The translations under genes were made by a program, and so were the position numbers. Positions 9,187 to 18,279 of a stretch of 64,000 bases of DNA are shown piece after piece; the first letter of the stretch is position 1, and every line of letters begins with the position of its first letter. Source of the stretch: a bacterium (lineage in GTDB: Bacteria; JADJOY01); NCBI GenBank assembly GCA_046331705.1, contig JAXLQJ010000008.1, forward strand, positions 62,001 through 126,000, in the 5' to 3' direction. The notes under the pieces were generated by a model, which worked only from the letters and a program-made list of their open reading frames with translations, searched no databases and was not told where the DNA came from.

Positions 9187-9816
9187 TCAGGCCACCTGTT
9201 CGTCGTTCGATGCGACGGCGTGGCTGCGGCGGCGGCGGGCTCGGCCGTGCTCGGCGCGCTGTCGACGCGCGAGCTCGGATTCGAGCTCGGCGATCTTGCG
9301 CTCCAGGTCGCGCACCTGGCCGTGGATCGACGACAGCCCGGTGACCTTCTCGAGCGCGAAGCGCATGCGCTCGTCGAACTTCTTCTGGAAGTCCTCGACG
9401 CCTCGGCGCGGCGCGCTGAAGATCTCGCGCACCACCTCGCGGGCCTCGTCGAGTGTCAGCTCGCCGCGCTCGAAGAGCTTGAGGATGCCCTTCTCCGTGT
9501 CCTCGAGCGCGTCCTTGAGCGGTGCCAGCGCCGCCTGCGGATTGACCCGCGCCACCAGCTCCTGCAACGACTCGCCGCTTTGCTGGATGATGCGCTTCAG
9601 GAAGTTGAGAGGCAGCACGCTGTGGCGCGCCTTCTCCTCCTCGAGGATGATCTGCGTCAGCGTGACCGCGGTCAGGTCTTCCTTGCTGCGGTTGTCGATG
9701 ACCTGGATGTCCTCGCCGCGCTTCACCATGTCGGCGATCTCGTGCAGCGTCACGTAGGTGCTGGAATCGAGGTCGTAAAGCTTCCGATTCCCGTAACGCT
9801 TGATCACCTTGGCCAT
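9187..9816 (-). CDS. PHA synthesis regulator (PhaR-like) DNA-binding domain fused to a phasin-like coiled-coil C-terminus
   Basis: MAKVIKRYGNRKLYD...YVTL...EDLTAVTLTQIILEEE (PHB_acc_N-like), then LFERGELTLDEAR...LERKIAELE. Confidence 0.82.
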   Translation of the reverse strand: MAKVIKRYGNRKLYDLDSSTYVTLHEIADMVKRGEDIQVIDNRSKEDLTAVTLTQIILEEEKARHSVLPLNFLKRIIQQSGESLQELVARVNPQAALAPLKDALEDTEKGILKLFERGELTLDEAREVVREIFSAPRRGVEDFQKKFDERMRFALEKVTGLSSIHGQVRDLERKIAELESELARRQRAEHGRARRRRSHAVASNDEQVA

Positions 9817-10194
9817 CTCGTTCCTCCCGGTGCGGGCGATGGATTGCTGCGCGTGGTCGGGTTGGGAACGACGCACCGCGTAGTAACAACGGGTACCACC
9901 ACGTGGCGCGGAGCGTCAACACGCGTCGTCGCACGCGTCGCCAGGGAGCCCTCGACTGCGTTCCTGGTCCCCGCGAACCGGTGCGAGGTGGCGCGGACAC
10001 GACGCACGCCCGCGGGCACCGGCGTCGGCGCTCCTCACCGAGGTTCGCTGGTACGGCGCGGCGAGTCCGCGAGCGCTTCGCAGCCGGGGCGTGTCGTCGC
10101 CGCGACCGTTCGCGGCCGCGCGCCCAGGCCGCGAGGTTTCGCGGCCGCGATCACGGCGGGCGGCGCTCAACCTCCGCAGCGCCCACCGAACACG

Positions 10195-10224
10195 AAATAT
10201 AAATCAATAATTTTATATACTTAT
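10195..10224 (+). promoter_or_regulatory. AT-rich patch containing a probable IHF site
   Basis: AAATATAAATCAATAATTTTATATACTTAT in high-GC DNA. AATCAATAATTTT (10202-10214) matches WATCAANNNNTTR with one mismatch and lies just upstream of a sigma54 motif. Confidence 0.65.
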
Positions 10225-10249
10225 GACGACAAATGGGACCCGGCGCAGA

Positions 10250-10266
10250 TTGGCGCGGCGGTTGCT
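10250..10266 (+). promoter_or_regulatory. Sigma54 (RpoN) -24/-12 promoter
   Basis: TTGGCGCGGCGGTTGCT vs consensus YTGGCACGNNNNTTGCW. GG-N10-GC spacing is exact and the site is 22 nt upstream of ATG 10289. Confidence 0.75.
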
Positions 10267-10288
10267 CTAGGTGCCCGCCGAGGCCGTC

Positions 10289-10561
10289 ATGCTGCGAATC
10301 TCCGAGCACCCGAGCGAAGTCGAAGGCGCCCGCACCCTCGTCGTGGAGGGACGCGCCGTGGGTCCGTGGGTCGAGGAGCTCGCCAACGTGGCAAGAGCCG
10401 CCCTCGCGCGCGATGGGCACCTCATCGTGAATCTCGAGGATGTGTCGTTCCTGGATCCGCACGCCGTGGCGTTGCTGCGCGAGCTCGAAGCTCGCGGCTG
10501 CACGCTCGTTGGTCGCTCGCCGTTCATCGATGCCCAGCTTCGGGCAGGGAGTCAGCCGTGA
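10289..10561 (+). CDS. STAS-like (anti-anti-sigma-like) small protein
   Basis: TLVVEGRAVGPWVEEL...VNLEDVSFLDPHAVALLREL. Stop overlaps the next GTG. Confidence 0.72.
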   Translation: MLRISEHPSEVEGARTLVVEGRAVGPWVEELANVARAALARDGHLIVNLEDVSFLDPHAVALLRELEARGCTLVGRSPFIDAQLRAGSQP

Positions 10562-11337
10562 GCCATTGGAATCTCGAACCGCACGCCCCCGACGCCGACG
10601 CGCAGCGCGCACCGTCCCCCTTGCCGTCGATCGCCTCGCCGGAGCTCGAGCGCATCCAAGCGCTTCGCCGCGGCGACGAACGCGCGTTCTTGGCGCTCGT
10701 CGACGAGCTGCACTCGGGCTTGATCCGCGTGGCGATGCTCTACGTGCGAACGCCGGACGTGGCCGAGGAAGTGGTGCAGGACAGCTGGATGGCGGTGCTC
10801 ACGGGTCTCGACCGCTTCGAAGGGCGCAGCTCGCTCAAGACGTGGATCTCGCACATCGTCGCGAATCAAGCGCGCACGCGTGCGGTTCGCGAGGCACGCT
10901 GCGTGCCGTTCTCGTCCTTCGAGGAGTCGGTGGCCCGCGAGCTCGGCGCCGCCGAGCCGGCGGTCGAGTCGGAGCGCTTCTTCGGCCCCGGCGAAGGGCT
11001 CGGCCGCGGCGGCGCGGGGCACTGGAAGCAACCTCCCCGTGACTGGCGCCGCGACTCCGCCGAACGCAGCCTGCTGGATGCCGAGACCCTGCGCTTCCTC
11101 GAGGTCGCGCTCGAGGCGCTGCCGGCGGCGCAGAAGATCGTGGTGACGCTGCGGGACGTCGAGGGCTGGGATTCGGAAGAAGTCTGCAACGCGCTGGGCC
11201 TGAGCGAGACCAATCAGCGCGTGCTCCTGCATCGCGGACGCTCGAAGCTCCGCGCAGCGCTCGAGCGGCACTTCCGTGAAGGAGACGCCCCGTGCGCGCG
11301 ACCCCCGTCTACCGCCACCGCCTCGGTCCGCTCCTGA
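10558..11337 (+). CDS. ECF-family sigma-70 factor
   Basis: Region 2 AEEVVQDSW...FEGRSSLKTWI; region 4 LPAAQKIVVTLRDVEG...NQRVLLHRGRSKLR. Confidence 0.9.
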   Translation: MSHWNLEPHAPDADAQRAPSPLPSIASPELERIQALRRGDERAFLALVDELHSGLIRVAMLYVRTPDVAEEVVQDSWMAVLTGLDRFEGRSSLKTWISHIVANQARTRAVREARCVPFSSFEESVARELGAAEPAVESERFFGPGEGLGRGGAGHWKQPPRDWRRDSAERSLLDAETLRFLEVALEALPAAQKIVVTLRDVEGWDSEEVCNALGLSETNQRVLLHRGRSKLRAALERHFREGDAPCARPPSTATASVRS

Positions 11338-11546
11338 ACGCGTACCTGGATGGAGAGCTTCCCACCAGCGCCGCCATCGCGATCGGCGCCCATCTCGGGG
11401 ATTGCCCCTCGTGCAGCGAGGATCTGGCCGCCCTCGGGCGCGTGAAGGTCGGCCTGCGTGCGCTTCGCGCCCCGGCGCTCGAAGGCGATCGCCGGGCCGC
11501 GCTGGTGGGACGCTTCCGCGCGCGCTCGGGCGCCGCGACCGCGTGA
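11292..11546 (+). CDS. zf-HC2 zinc-binding anti-sigma factor (small, soluble)
   Basis: LNAYLDGEL...HLGDCPSC (HxxxCxxC), overlapping the end of the ECF sigma gene. Confidence 0.78.
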   Translation: MRATPVYRHRLGPLLNAYLDGELPTSAAIAIGAHLGDCPSCSEDLAALGRVKVGLRALRAPALEGDRRAALVGRFRARSGAATA

Positions 11547-11598
11547 CGGCGACGGCCGCGGCGGGCGTTCGCCCCGCCCTCGGGAGGGGCGCGCGGGC

Positions 11599-13155
11599 TC
11601 AGCCACCCGGATCGCGAACCGAGCCCATCGCGTCGATCGTGAGCGAGTCCACCCACGGATCGCCGCCCTCGTGCGTGAGCGACAACCCGGCGCTGCTCGG
11701 GGCCGGGAACACCAGGTCGGTCAAGACCACGCGCCCACCGGCGGCGAAGACCTCGACCGACGACTCGTCCACGAGCACGCGCAGGTCGAGGGGGCCGTCG
11801 GGTGTGGCCAGCGCGAGCGGCACCGCATGCCGCGCGGCGAAGCGCCGATCGAAGGACGCGATGCCCGCGCTGCTTCGATCGAGCGCCAGCTCGCCGCGGA
11901 CCGCGTCGTAGCTCAGCGTGGTTCGCTCGTCGCCGCCCTCGCTCGCGCGCACCGCCAGCTCGACTCGGCGGGCGCCGCCCAGGCGCAGCACCGCGTGCAA
12001 GTCGAACGCAGTGGCCTCGATCGACGCCAGCCGCCGCTCGGCGTGGGCGATTCGCACGTCCTTCATGCCCAGCAGGCGATGGCCATGTAGCGCCGCGAGC
12101 TCCGGCGCGGGCTGCTGCACCAGGGCCAACCCCGCCGGCCCGCTCGCGAGCGAGACCTCGCGGGGCACCGTCATCGCGCCGCGCCACGGGCTCGTGGGCG
12201 AGGTGAGCGCGTACTTCCAGTTGCTCATCCACGCGATCCACAGACGACGTCCGTCGGGCACGTCGCTCCACGACTGCGCGGCGTAGAAGTCTGCACCGCC
12301 GTCGACGGCGCGCGCGCCGGAGTCATCCGCCCGAAACCGCTCACCGTCGAAATCGCCCACCAGGTAACGGGCGCCCGAGAAGCCGACGAGCGGCCCGGGA
12401 TTGAAATCCACCTTGAGCACCCAGCGGCGCCCTCCCGCGCCGCCATCGACGGCGAGCTCGAAGAGATCGGGACACTCCCACACCCCGCCCAGGTCGAGAT
12501 CCATGCCGAGCTCGCTGAGGAGCGACCACTCGCGCAGGTTCGGCGATGCGTAGAGCTGGGCGCGATCACCCGCAGCGAGCACCATCACCCAGCGCCGGGT
12601 CGGCTCGTGCCAGAACACCTTGGGATCGCGAAACGCCGCCGGCCCCGGGCTCTCGAGCACGGGATTGCCGGCGAACGGCAGCCAGGTCTCGCCGTCGTCG
12701 TGGGAGATCGCGAGGCTCTGCTTCTGGCCGCCCGTGCTCCCGCCCGATTGGGTGAAGATCGCGATCAAGCAGCCCGCGGGCTCGCCGCAAAGCCCGCTGG
12801 TGTCGTCGCGGTCGACGACCGCGCTTCCCGAGAACGCGAGCCCGAGCACGCGATCGGGATGGAGCGCGATGGGCCGATCCTCCCAGCGCACCAGGTCGCG
12901 GCTTCGCGCGTGGCCCCAGTGCTGGCGGAGCGGCAGGCGGTGATCGGGATCGAATTGATAGAAGAGGTGGTACGTGCCGCTCGCGAACACCAGCCCGTTG
13001 GGATCGTTCATCCAACCCTGGGCGGGGCTGACGTGGAAACGCGGCCGGAAGGGCTCCGCCGGGTCCGCTGGCGCGCCGGCACCGCCGCCGTGCGGGCCGT
13101 CACAGGCGGCACCCGCGAGCGTCGCGAGCGCCACGAGCAGGAACGCGCGGCTCAA
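11599..13155 (-). CDS. Glycoside hydrolase family 32 (beta-fructosidase/levanase), probable lipoprotein
   Basis: WMNDPNG, FSGSAV, FRDPKV and WECPD catalytic motifs. TTG start overlaps the upstream TGA; signal ends LAGAAC. Confidence 0.9.
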   Translation of the reverse strand: MSRAFLLVALATLAGAACDGPHGGGAGAPADPAEPFRPRFHVSPAQGWMNDPNGLVFASGTYHLFYQFDPDHRLPLRQHWGHARSRDLVRWEDRPIALHPDRVLGLAFSGSAVVDRDDTSGLCGEPAGCLIAIFTQSGGSTGGQKQSLAISHDDGETWLPFAGNPVLESPGPAAFRDPKVFWHEPTRRWVMVLAAGDRAQLYASPNLREWSLLSELGMDLDLGGVWECPDLFELAVDGGAGGRRWVLKVDFNPGPLVGFSGARYLVGDFDGERFRADDSGARAVDGGADFYAAQSWSDVPDGRRLWIAWMSNWKYALTSPTSPWRGAMTVPREVSLASGPAGLALVQQPAPELAALHGHRLLGMKDVRIAHAERRLASIEATAFDLHAVLRLGGARRVELAVRASEGGDERTTLSYDAVRGELALDRSSAGIASFDRRFAARHAVPLALATPDGPLDLRVLVDESSVEVFAAGGRVVLTDLVFPAPSSAGLSLTHEGGDPWVDSLTIDAMGSVRDPGG

Positions 13156-13718
13156 TCCACCGTCACCGGTCGGGTGCGCGCGCCACCGCGACCGCGCTGA
13201 CGGCGCGCCTCGTCGGGCGCGGTGCCGTCCGCTCGCGCCGCCGCGCACTCGCGCTCGATGACCGCGATCACCGCGTCGAAGCCGCCGAGCGCCGACGAGG
13301 CGATCCCCTCCGCCTCGGCCACGGCGCGCCGCTCGGCGACGAGCACCTCGCGGATCGTGGCGAGCGTCTTGAGCCGCGCGTCGGCTTCGCGTCGACGCGC
13401 CACGCGGTCGGCGTAGCGCACCACGCCGGCGACCAGCGCGCCCAGCGCCCCGCCCGCGTCGCTCAGCCGGCCCACGCCGTCCGCTCCGTCGCTCGAACCC
13501 TCGAGCGCGACCAGCGCCGCGCGCACGGCCTTCAGCAGCTCGACCTGCGCCGCGGCCAGGTGATCGCGCGCCTCGCCGAGCCGCCCCAGCCAATCGCGGT
13601 CCGGCGCGGGTGGCGGCGAGCGATCCGCGGCCGTCGGGTTCGTGCCGAGCGCCGCCGCCCTGGCGGGCTTGTCGCGCAGCTTGCGTCCAGCGGCGCGCGC
13701 GCTACTCGAAGTGGACAC
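13152..13718 (-). CDS. Hypothetical helical protein coupled to the ArsA-HSP20 gene
   Basis: Fills the gap and overlaps both neighbours. Amphipathic segment ARDHLAAAQVELLKAVRAAL. Confidence 0.6.
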   Translation of the reverse strand: MSTSSSARAAGRKLRDKPARAAALGTNPTAADRSPPPAPDRDWLGRLGEARDHLAAAQVELLKAVRAALVALEGSSDGADGVGRLSDAGGALGALVAGVVRYADRVARRREADARLKTLATIREVLVAERRAVAEAEGIASSALGGFDAVIAVIERECAAARADGTAPDEARRQRGRGGARTRPVTVD

Positions 13719-14862
13719 GGAAGATCCCGTTGTCGAGGCGTGCCTTGGTGACCTCGAGTCCCGCGAGGCTGCGCGGCAGCACCAGGTTCCGCCGGAAGTT
13801 GCCGACGCTCACGATCAGCTCGTCGCCCTTCGTCCACGCCTTCACCTCGTCCTTCTTGGCGTGGGGCAATGGCAGCGCGAGGTCGTAGCCCGCCCCGCTC
13901 GCGCGCACCTCGAGCGACTTCCCCTTGTAGAACACCTTGGTGGGATCCTTGGAGCCGAAGACGGCGCGCGCCAACCCGTGCAAGGCATCCAAGCCGACGA
14001 CCTCGCTGTCGAAGAGCTGGACCGGGAAGATCGGAATGGGGCGGAAGGCGTCGTCGAGCGCCGCGAGCTGCTCCTCTTGGATCTTGCGCCAGCGGGAGAA
14101 GTACGTACCCTTCACCTCGGGTGGCAGCACGCGGTTCGCCACCACCGCATCCACGGGAAAGCCGAAGAGACCGAGATACGTGAAGGCGCGCTGGGACTCC
14201 TGGATCACCATGCGCTCGGGCACCGACACGATCCGGATGGTGGTGCGCTTGGGGTCCATCAAGAGCTCGCGCACGCCACGGATTCGCGAGTAGAAACGCC
14301 CGATCGCCGCATAGACGTCGTCGGAGGGAAGCGGCGTCGACATGAGCTTCTCGGCCACCGGCCGCACCGCTCGCACGACGCGCCGCTCGACCTCGAAGAA
14401 CTTGTCCATGTACCACTCGAGCAGCTCGGTGAGCCCGAGCATGCGCAGCGTGCCACCCGTCGGGGCGCAATCGACCACCAGCAGCTCGTAGCGACCCTCG
14501 ACCTGGAAATCGCCGATGCGCATGAGCGCGAAGAGCTCGTCCATGCCCGGCGGGATGCCCAGCTCCTCCGCGACCACGGCGTCGTAGCCCTGCGAGGCGA
14601 GGAACCGGCTCAGGTAGTCCTGGATGGCCGCCCAGTGGGCCGCCAGCTCGTGATTGACGTCGATCTCGACGGCGTCGAGGTTCTCCGCGATCGCGATCGG
14701 ATCGGGCCCCACGGGCCGTCCCAGGCTGTCGCCGAGGCTGTGCGCCGCGTCGGTGCTCATCACCAGGGTCCGGTAGCCGAGCTCTGCGGCGCGCACTCCC
14801 GTGGCGGCGGAGAGGCTCGTCTTACCGACGCCGCCTTTGCCGGTGTAGAGGATCACACGCAT
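13702..14862 (-). CDS. ArsA/Get3 ATPase with C-terminal HSP20-like domain (Get3d type)
   Basis: MRVILYTGKGGVGKTS, STDAAHSLGD, VDCAPTG. C-terminal KGDELIVSVGNFRRNLVLP...ARLDNGIFRVHF is alpha-crystallin-like. Confidence 0.9.
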   Translation of the reverse strand: MRVILYTGKGGVGKTSLSAATGVRAAELGYRTLVMSTDAAHSLGDSLGRPVGPDPIAIAENLDAVEIDVNHELAAHWAAIQDYLSRFLASQGYDAVVAEELGIPPGMDELFALMRIGDFQVEGRYELLVVDCAPTGGTLRMLGLTELLEWYMDKFFEVERRVVRAVRPVAEKLMSTPLPSDDVYAAIGRFYSRIRGVRELLMDPKRTTIRIVSVPERMVIQESQRAFTYLGLFGFPVDAVVANRVLPPEVKGTYFSRWRKIQEEQLAALDDAFRPIPIFPVQLFDSEVVGLDALHGLARAVFGSKDPTKVFYKGKSLEVRASGAGYDLALPLPHAKKDEVKAWTKGDELIVSVGNFRRNLVLPRSLAGLEVTKARLDNGIFRVHFE

Positions 14863-15047
14863 GGGACGGGCGCGAGGGGATGGAGCTCGCCCGGCGACCG
14901 CGGTCGGTCGCGTGGGGATCGAGACTCGTGTGTGGCGATGGCGCGATGGCGCGAGCTAGCACGCGCCCCCTACCCCGTCAAACCTCGCACGCACCACCGC
15001 GCGTGTGCCGGCGAGGTGCGCGCAACCGCACCCATCCCCGCAGCCGC

Positions 15048-15767
15048 TCAGTTGCGGATGATGAGCTGTCCCGACGGATCGCGAACGATCTCGGGCGGGC
15101 CACCCGGCTCGCCGGTGCGCGGCGGTTCCGCGGTCGCCGCGGCGCCGCTCGGCGCCGCGGGGCTCGGCGTGGTGGAACCCGACGTGGCGGGTGGCGCCGC
15201 AGCGGGCACCGCGGGCGGTCGGCCCGGCGAGAGCAGCGCTGGCGTCGGCTCGACGATCGGCGCTTCCGCCGGGGGTTGCGCCGCGGAGCCGGCGGGCCAT
15301 CTCGCGAGCGCCTTGGTCATGCCGTTGAGCAGCGAGATCGGATTGTGCTCGTCGTAGAAGTGCACGTACTTGTTGCGCGGCGCGTGGATCGCGGTCTGCA
15401 CCTCGCCGTCGGGCGAGAGAAAGAGCGTGCGCGGGATGTAGCCGCCATCGGGCGCGTAGCGCGACACGTTGCGATCGCCCGCATCCTGGTCGACCCGGAT
15501 CATGACGAACTGCTTGGCGCGCTCCACGACGCGCGAGTCGTGGAAGACTTGGCTGTAGTTCCGACAATGCGGGCAGGTCTGGCTGTAGACCACCAGACAC
15601 ACCGGTCGGCCGGTGCGCTTGGCCTCGCCGAGGCCATCGTCCAGGCCGCGCCACGCGATGCCGGCGTCGTTCCAATCGAGCGCGGCGCGTGCGGGCGCCG
15701 CGGCGACGAGCGCGAGCGCGGCGAACGTGAGAACGGCGGCGAGAACGCGTGACGACGACCCGTTCAT
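15048..15767 (-). CDS. Secreted thioredoxin-fold protein
   Basis: Signal peptide, CPHC motif, GGYIPRTLF, Pro-rich tail. Confidence 0.8.
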   Translation of the reverse strand: MNGSSSRVLAAVLTFAALALVAAAPARAALDWNDAGIAWRGLDDGLGEAKRTGRPVCLVVYSQTCPHCRNYSQVFHDSRVVERAKQFVMIRVDQDAGDRNVSRYAPDGGYIPRTLFLSPDGEVQTAIHAPRNKYVHFYDEHNPISLLNGMTKALARWPAGSAAQPPAEAPIVEPTPALLSPGRPPAVPAAAPPATSGSTTPSPAAPSGAAATAEPPRTGEPGGPPEIVRDPSGQLIIRN

Positions 15768-15885
15768 GAATCCTCCCGTCACGCGGCAGCGCACCGCGAC
15801 GGCCCCGCGCTGCGCGGCGATTCGCCGCGTGGGAGGACCAGCCTACTCGATGCGAATACACTGCGCGGCCGCTCGGGAGGCACAC

Positions 15886-16485
15886 GTGTATCGAGCTCGA
15901 CGACGACTGGTGCTGGGATCGGGATCGCCGCGGCGGCGCGAGCTGCTCGCGCTCGCCGGCCTCGACTTCGAGGTGCACGTCACGGACGTGCCCGAAGCGC
16001 CGCTCGACGGCGAGGTGGCGGTCGCCCATGCCCAGCGCCTGGCCCGCGACAAGGCGCGGGCGGCGTCGCTCGCGTATCCCGAGGCGGTCGCCATCGGCGC
16101 CGACACCATCGTGGTTCTCGACCACCGCATCCTCGGCAAGCCGCGCGATCGGGCGGAGGCGCTCGCGATGCTCGTGGCGCTCGCCGGTCGCCGCCACGAG
16201 GTGCTCACCGGGTTCGCGCTCGCACACGCGGGAAACGTGCTCGCGTCGGACGTGGTCGCCACCGAGGTGGAGTTCCGAGGCTTCGGCGAGCTGGAAGCCC
16301 GCGGCTACGTCGCCACCGGCGAGTCGCTCGACAAGGCCGGCGCCTATGGCATCCAAGGTCATGGCGCCGCGCTGGTGCGCGGGATTCGCGGCTCCTACAC
16401 GAACGTGGTGGGGCTGCCGCTGGTCGAGGTCCTCGAAGCGCTGCTGGCGGTGGATGCGATCGCCGCCGGGGAGATCGACGCGTGA
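15886..16485 (+). CDS. maf: Maf family nucleoside triphosphate pyrophosphatase
   Basis: LVLGSGSPRRRELL, GADTIV, DKAGAYGIQG, NVVGLP. GGAGG RBS before the GTG. Confidence 0.93.
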   Translation: MYRARRRLVLGSGSPRRRELLALAGLDFEVHVTDVPEAPLDGEVAVAHAQRLARDKARAASLAYPEAVAIGADTIVVLDHRILGKPRDRAEALAMLVALAGRRHEVLTGFALAHAGNVLASDVVATEVEFRGFGELEARGYVATGESLDKAGAYGIQGHGAALVRGIRGSYTNVVGLPLVEVLEALLAVDAIAAGEIDA

Positions 16486-17216
16486 GCGAGGCGATCGCCA
16501 CGCGCTTGGCGGAGGTCCGTTCGCGCATCGACGCAGCGGCGCGCGGCGCCGCCCGCGACCCCGCAGGCATCGAGCTGGTGGTCGTCACCAAGACGCGCAC
16601 GCCAGACGAGATCGTGGCGGCGATCCGAGCCGGCGCCCGCCTCCTGGGCGAGAACTACGTCCAGGAAGCGCGGCGCAAGATCCCCGAGGTGACGCGTGCC
16701 CTTCCCGATTCGGGCGTGCGTTGGCACCTCATCGGTCCGCTCCAGACCAACAAGGCGAAGTACGTGCCCGGCTCGTTCGACGTGGTCGAGTCGGTCGACC
16801 GCGAGGAGCTGGCGACGGCGCTGGCGAAGCGCGCCGAGAGCGCGGGCATCGTGCTTCCCGTGCTGGTGCAGGTGAACGTGGGCCACGAGCCGCAGAAAGC
16901 CGGCGTGCTCCCCGAGCGCCTCGACGAGCTGTTGCGCATCCTCGCTGCCCATCCGGCGCTGGCGGTCGGCGGCCTGATGGCGATCCCGCCCGACTGCGAC
17001 GACCCCACGGACGCCCGCCCCCACTTCCGGACGCTCGCGCGCGCCGCCCGCGCCGCCGCCGAGCGTGGCCTTCTGCCGGCAGCGCCGGTACTCTCCATGG
17101 GCATGAGCCACGACTTCGAGGTGGCGATCGCCGAGGGCGCCACGCGCGTGCGGGTCGGCACCGCCATCTTCGGGCCCCGTCCCGCGCGCGAGACGGCGCC
17201 TGTCGCCGAAGACTGA
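16482..17216 (+). CDS. yggS: YggS family PLP homeostasis protein
   Basis: VVVTKT, GENYVQE, WHLIGPLQTNKAK, LSMGMSHDFEVAIAEGATRVRVGTAIFG. Confidence 0.95.
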   Translation: MSEAIATRLAEVRSRIDAAARGAARDPAGIELVVVTKTRTPDEIVAAIRAGARLLGENYVQEARRKIPEVTRALPDSGVRWHLIGPLQTNKAKYVPGSFDVVESVDREELATALAKRAESAGIVLPVLVQVNVGHEPQKAGVLPERLDELLRILAAHPALAVGGLMAIPPDCDDPTDARPHFRTLARAARAAAERGLLPAAPVLSMGMSHDFEVAIAEGATRVRVGTAIFGPRPARETAPVAED

Positions 17217-17258
17217 CGCCCCACCCGCGCGCGCTTGCGCCATCGCCACGAGGATCCC

Positions 17259-18086
17259 ATGCACCCAGGCCGAAACATCGGATTCATCGGCGCCGGCAAC
17301 ATGGCGCGCGCCATGATCGGCGGGCTGCTCGGCGCCGCCGTTCACCCGGCCACCGAGATCGTCGCCAGCGATCCCGATGCGGGCGCGCGCGAGCGGCTCG
17401 CGACCGAGCACCACGTCCGCGTCCACGGCGACAACGCGCGCGTGGCCGCGGAGGCGCTCACGCTGGTGCTGGCGGTGAAGCCGCAGACGATGGACCGCGT
17501 GCTCGCCGAGCTCGCCAGCGTGGTGACGGCCGAGCACCTGGTGATCTCGATCGCCGCCGGCGTGACGCTGGCGCGGCTGGAGAAGGGCCTCGCCGAGAAG
17601 GTGTCCGCCGCGCGGCTGGTGCGCGCGATGCCGAACACACCCGCGCTCATCGGCGAGGGGATCACGGCGTGGTGCGCGCGCGGCGCCATCACCGAGGGCG
17701 ACGCGGCCACCGTGGGGCGGGTGTTCGCCGCCATCGGCCGCCATCGGCAGGTGGCGAGCGAGTCGTTGCTCGATGCCGTCACCGGGCTCTCGGGCTCGGG
17801 CCCCGCGTACGTGTTCTTGTTCCTCGAAGCGCTCTCCGATGCCGGTGTCCGCGAAGGGCTGCCGCGCGACCTCGCCGACGAGCTGGCGGTGCAGACCGTG
17901 CTGGGCTCGGCGCGGATGGTCCACGCCACCCATGCGAGCTTCGCGGCGCTGCGCAACCAGGTGACCTCTCCCGGCGGAACGACGATCGCCGGGATCGCCG
18001 AGCTCGAGCGAGGCGCCGTCCGCAGCGCGGTCTTCGAGGCGGTACGCGCCGCCACCCGCCGCAGCCGCGAGCTCGGCCAGACGTGA
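17259..18086 (+). CDS. proC: Pyrroline-5-carboxylate reductase
   Basis: IGFIGAGNMA, RAMPNTP, GLSGSGPAY, VTSPGGTTIAG. Confidence 0.96.
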   Translation: MHPGRNIGFIGAGNMARAMIGGLLGAAVHPATEIVASDPDAGARERLATEHHVRVHGDNARVAAEALTLVLAVKPQTMDRVLAELASVVTAEHLVISIAAGVTLARLEKGLAEKVSAARLVRAMPNTPALIGEGITAWCARGAITEGDAATVGRVFAAIGRHRQVASESLLDAVTGLSGSGPAYVFLFLEALSDAGVREGLPRDLADELAVQTVLGSARMVHATHASFAALRNQVTSPGGTTIAGIAELERGAVRSAVFEAVRAATRRSRELGQT

Positions 18087-18279
18087 ACGCGTTGCGCCCC
18101 GGCTGGAGGAGCCGGTGTGATCGCGGGGGGCTGTTCCAGCACCGCACCCGAATCACACGCCCCGCTCGAGCGGTGCTCGAGTGGTGCCACGCACTCCCGC
18201 ACCGTGAACGACGATCGCCGTTCGTGAGCGAGCGACGACGTGCGGCATCCTTCTTTCGTCTCCCGTCGAGGACGCGCTC

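Noticed and set aside
10197-10218. ATATAAA-N8-TTTATAT as a tyrosine-recombinase or dif site
   Set aside because: Arms are short, it does not match the dif consensus, no recombinase is nearby, and an IHF site next to a sigma54 promoter explains it better.
1536-14862. Arsenic resistance operon
   Set aside because: The ArsA-family genes have no arsB/acr3, arsC, arsD or arsR nearby and look like Get3/BagAB types.
18087-18279. Missing divIVA or an RNA gene in the proC-yggT gap
   Set aside because: No credible ORF or tRNA-like structure; absence of divIVA from this cluster is minor.
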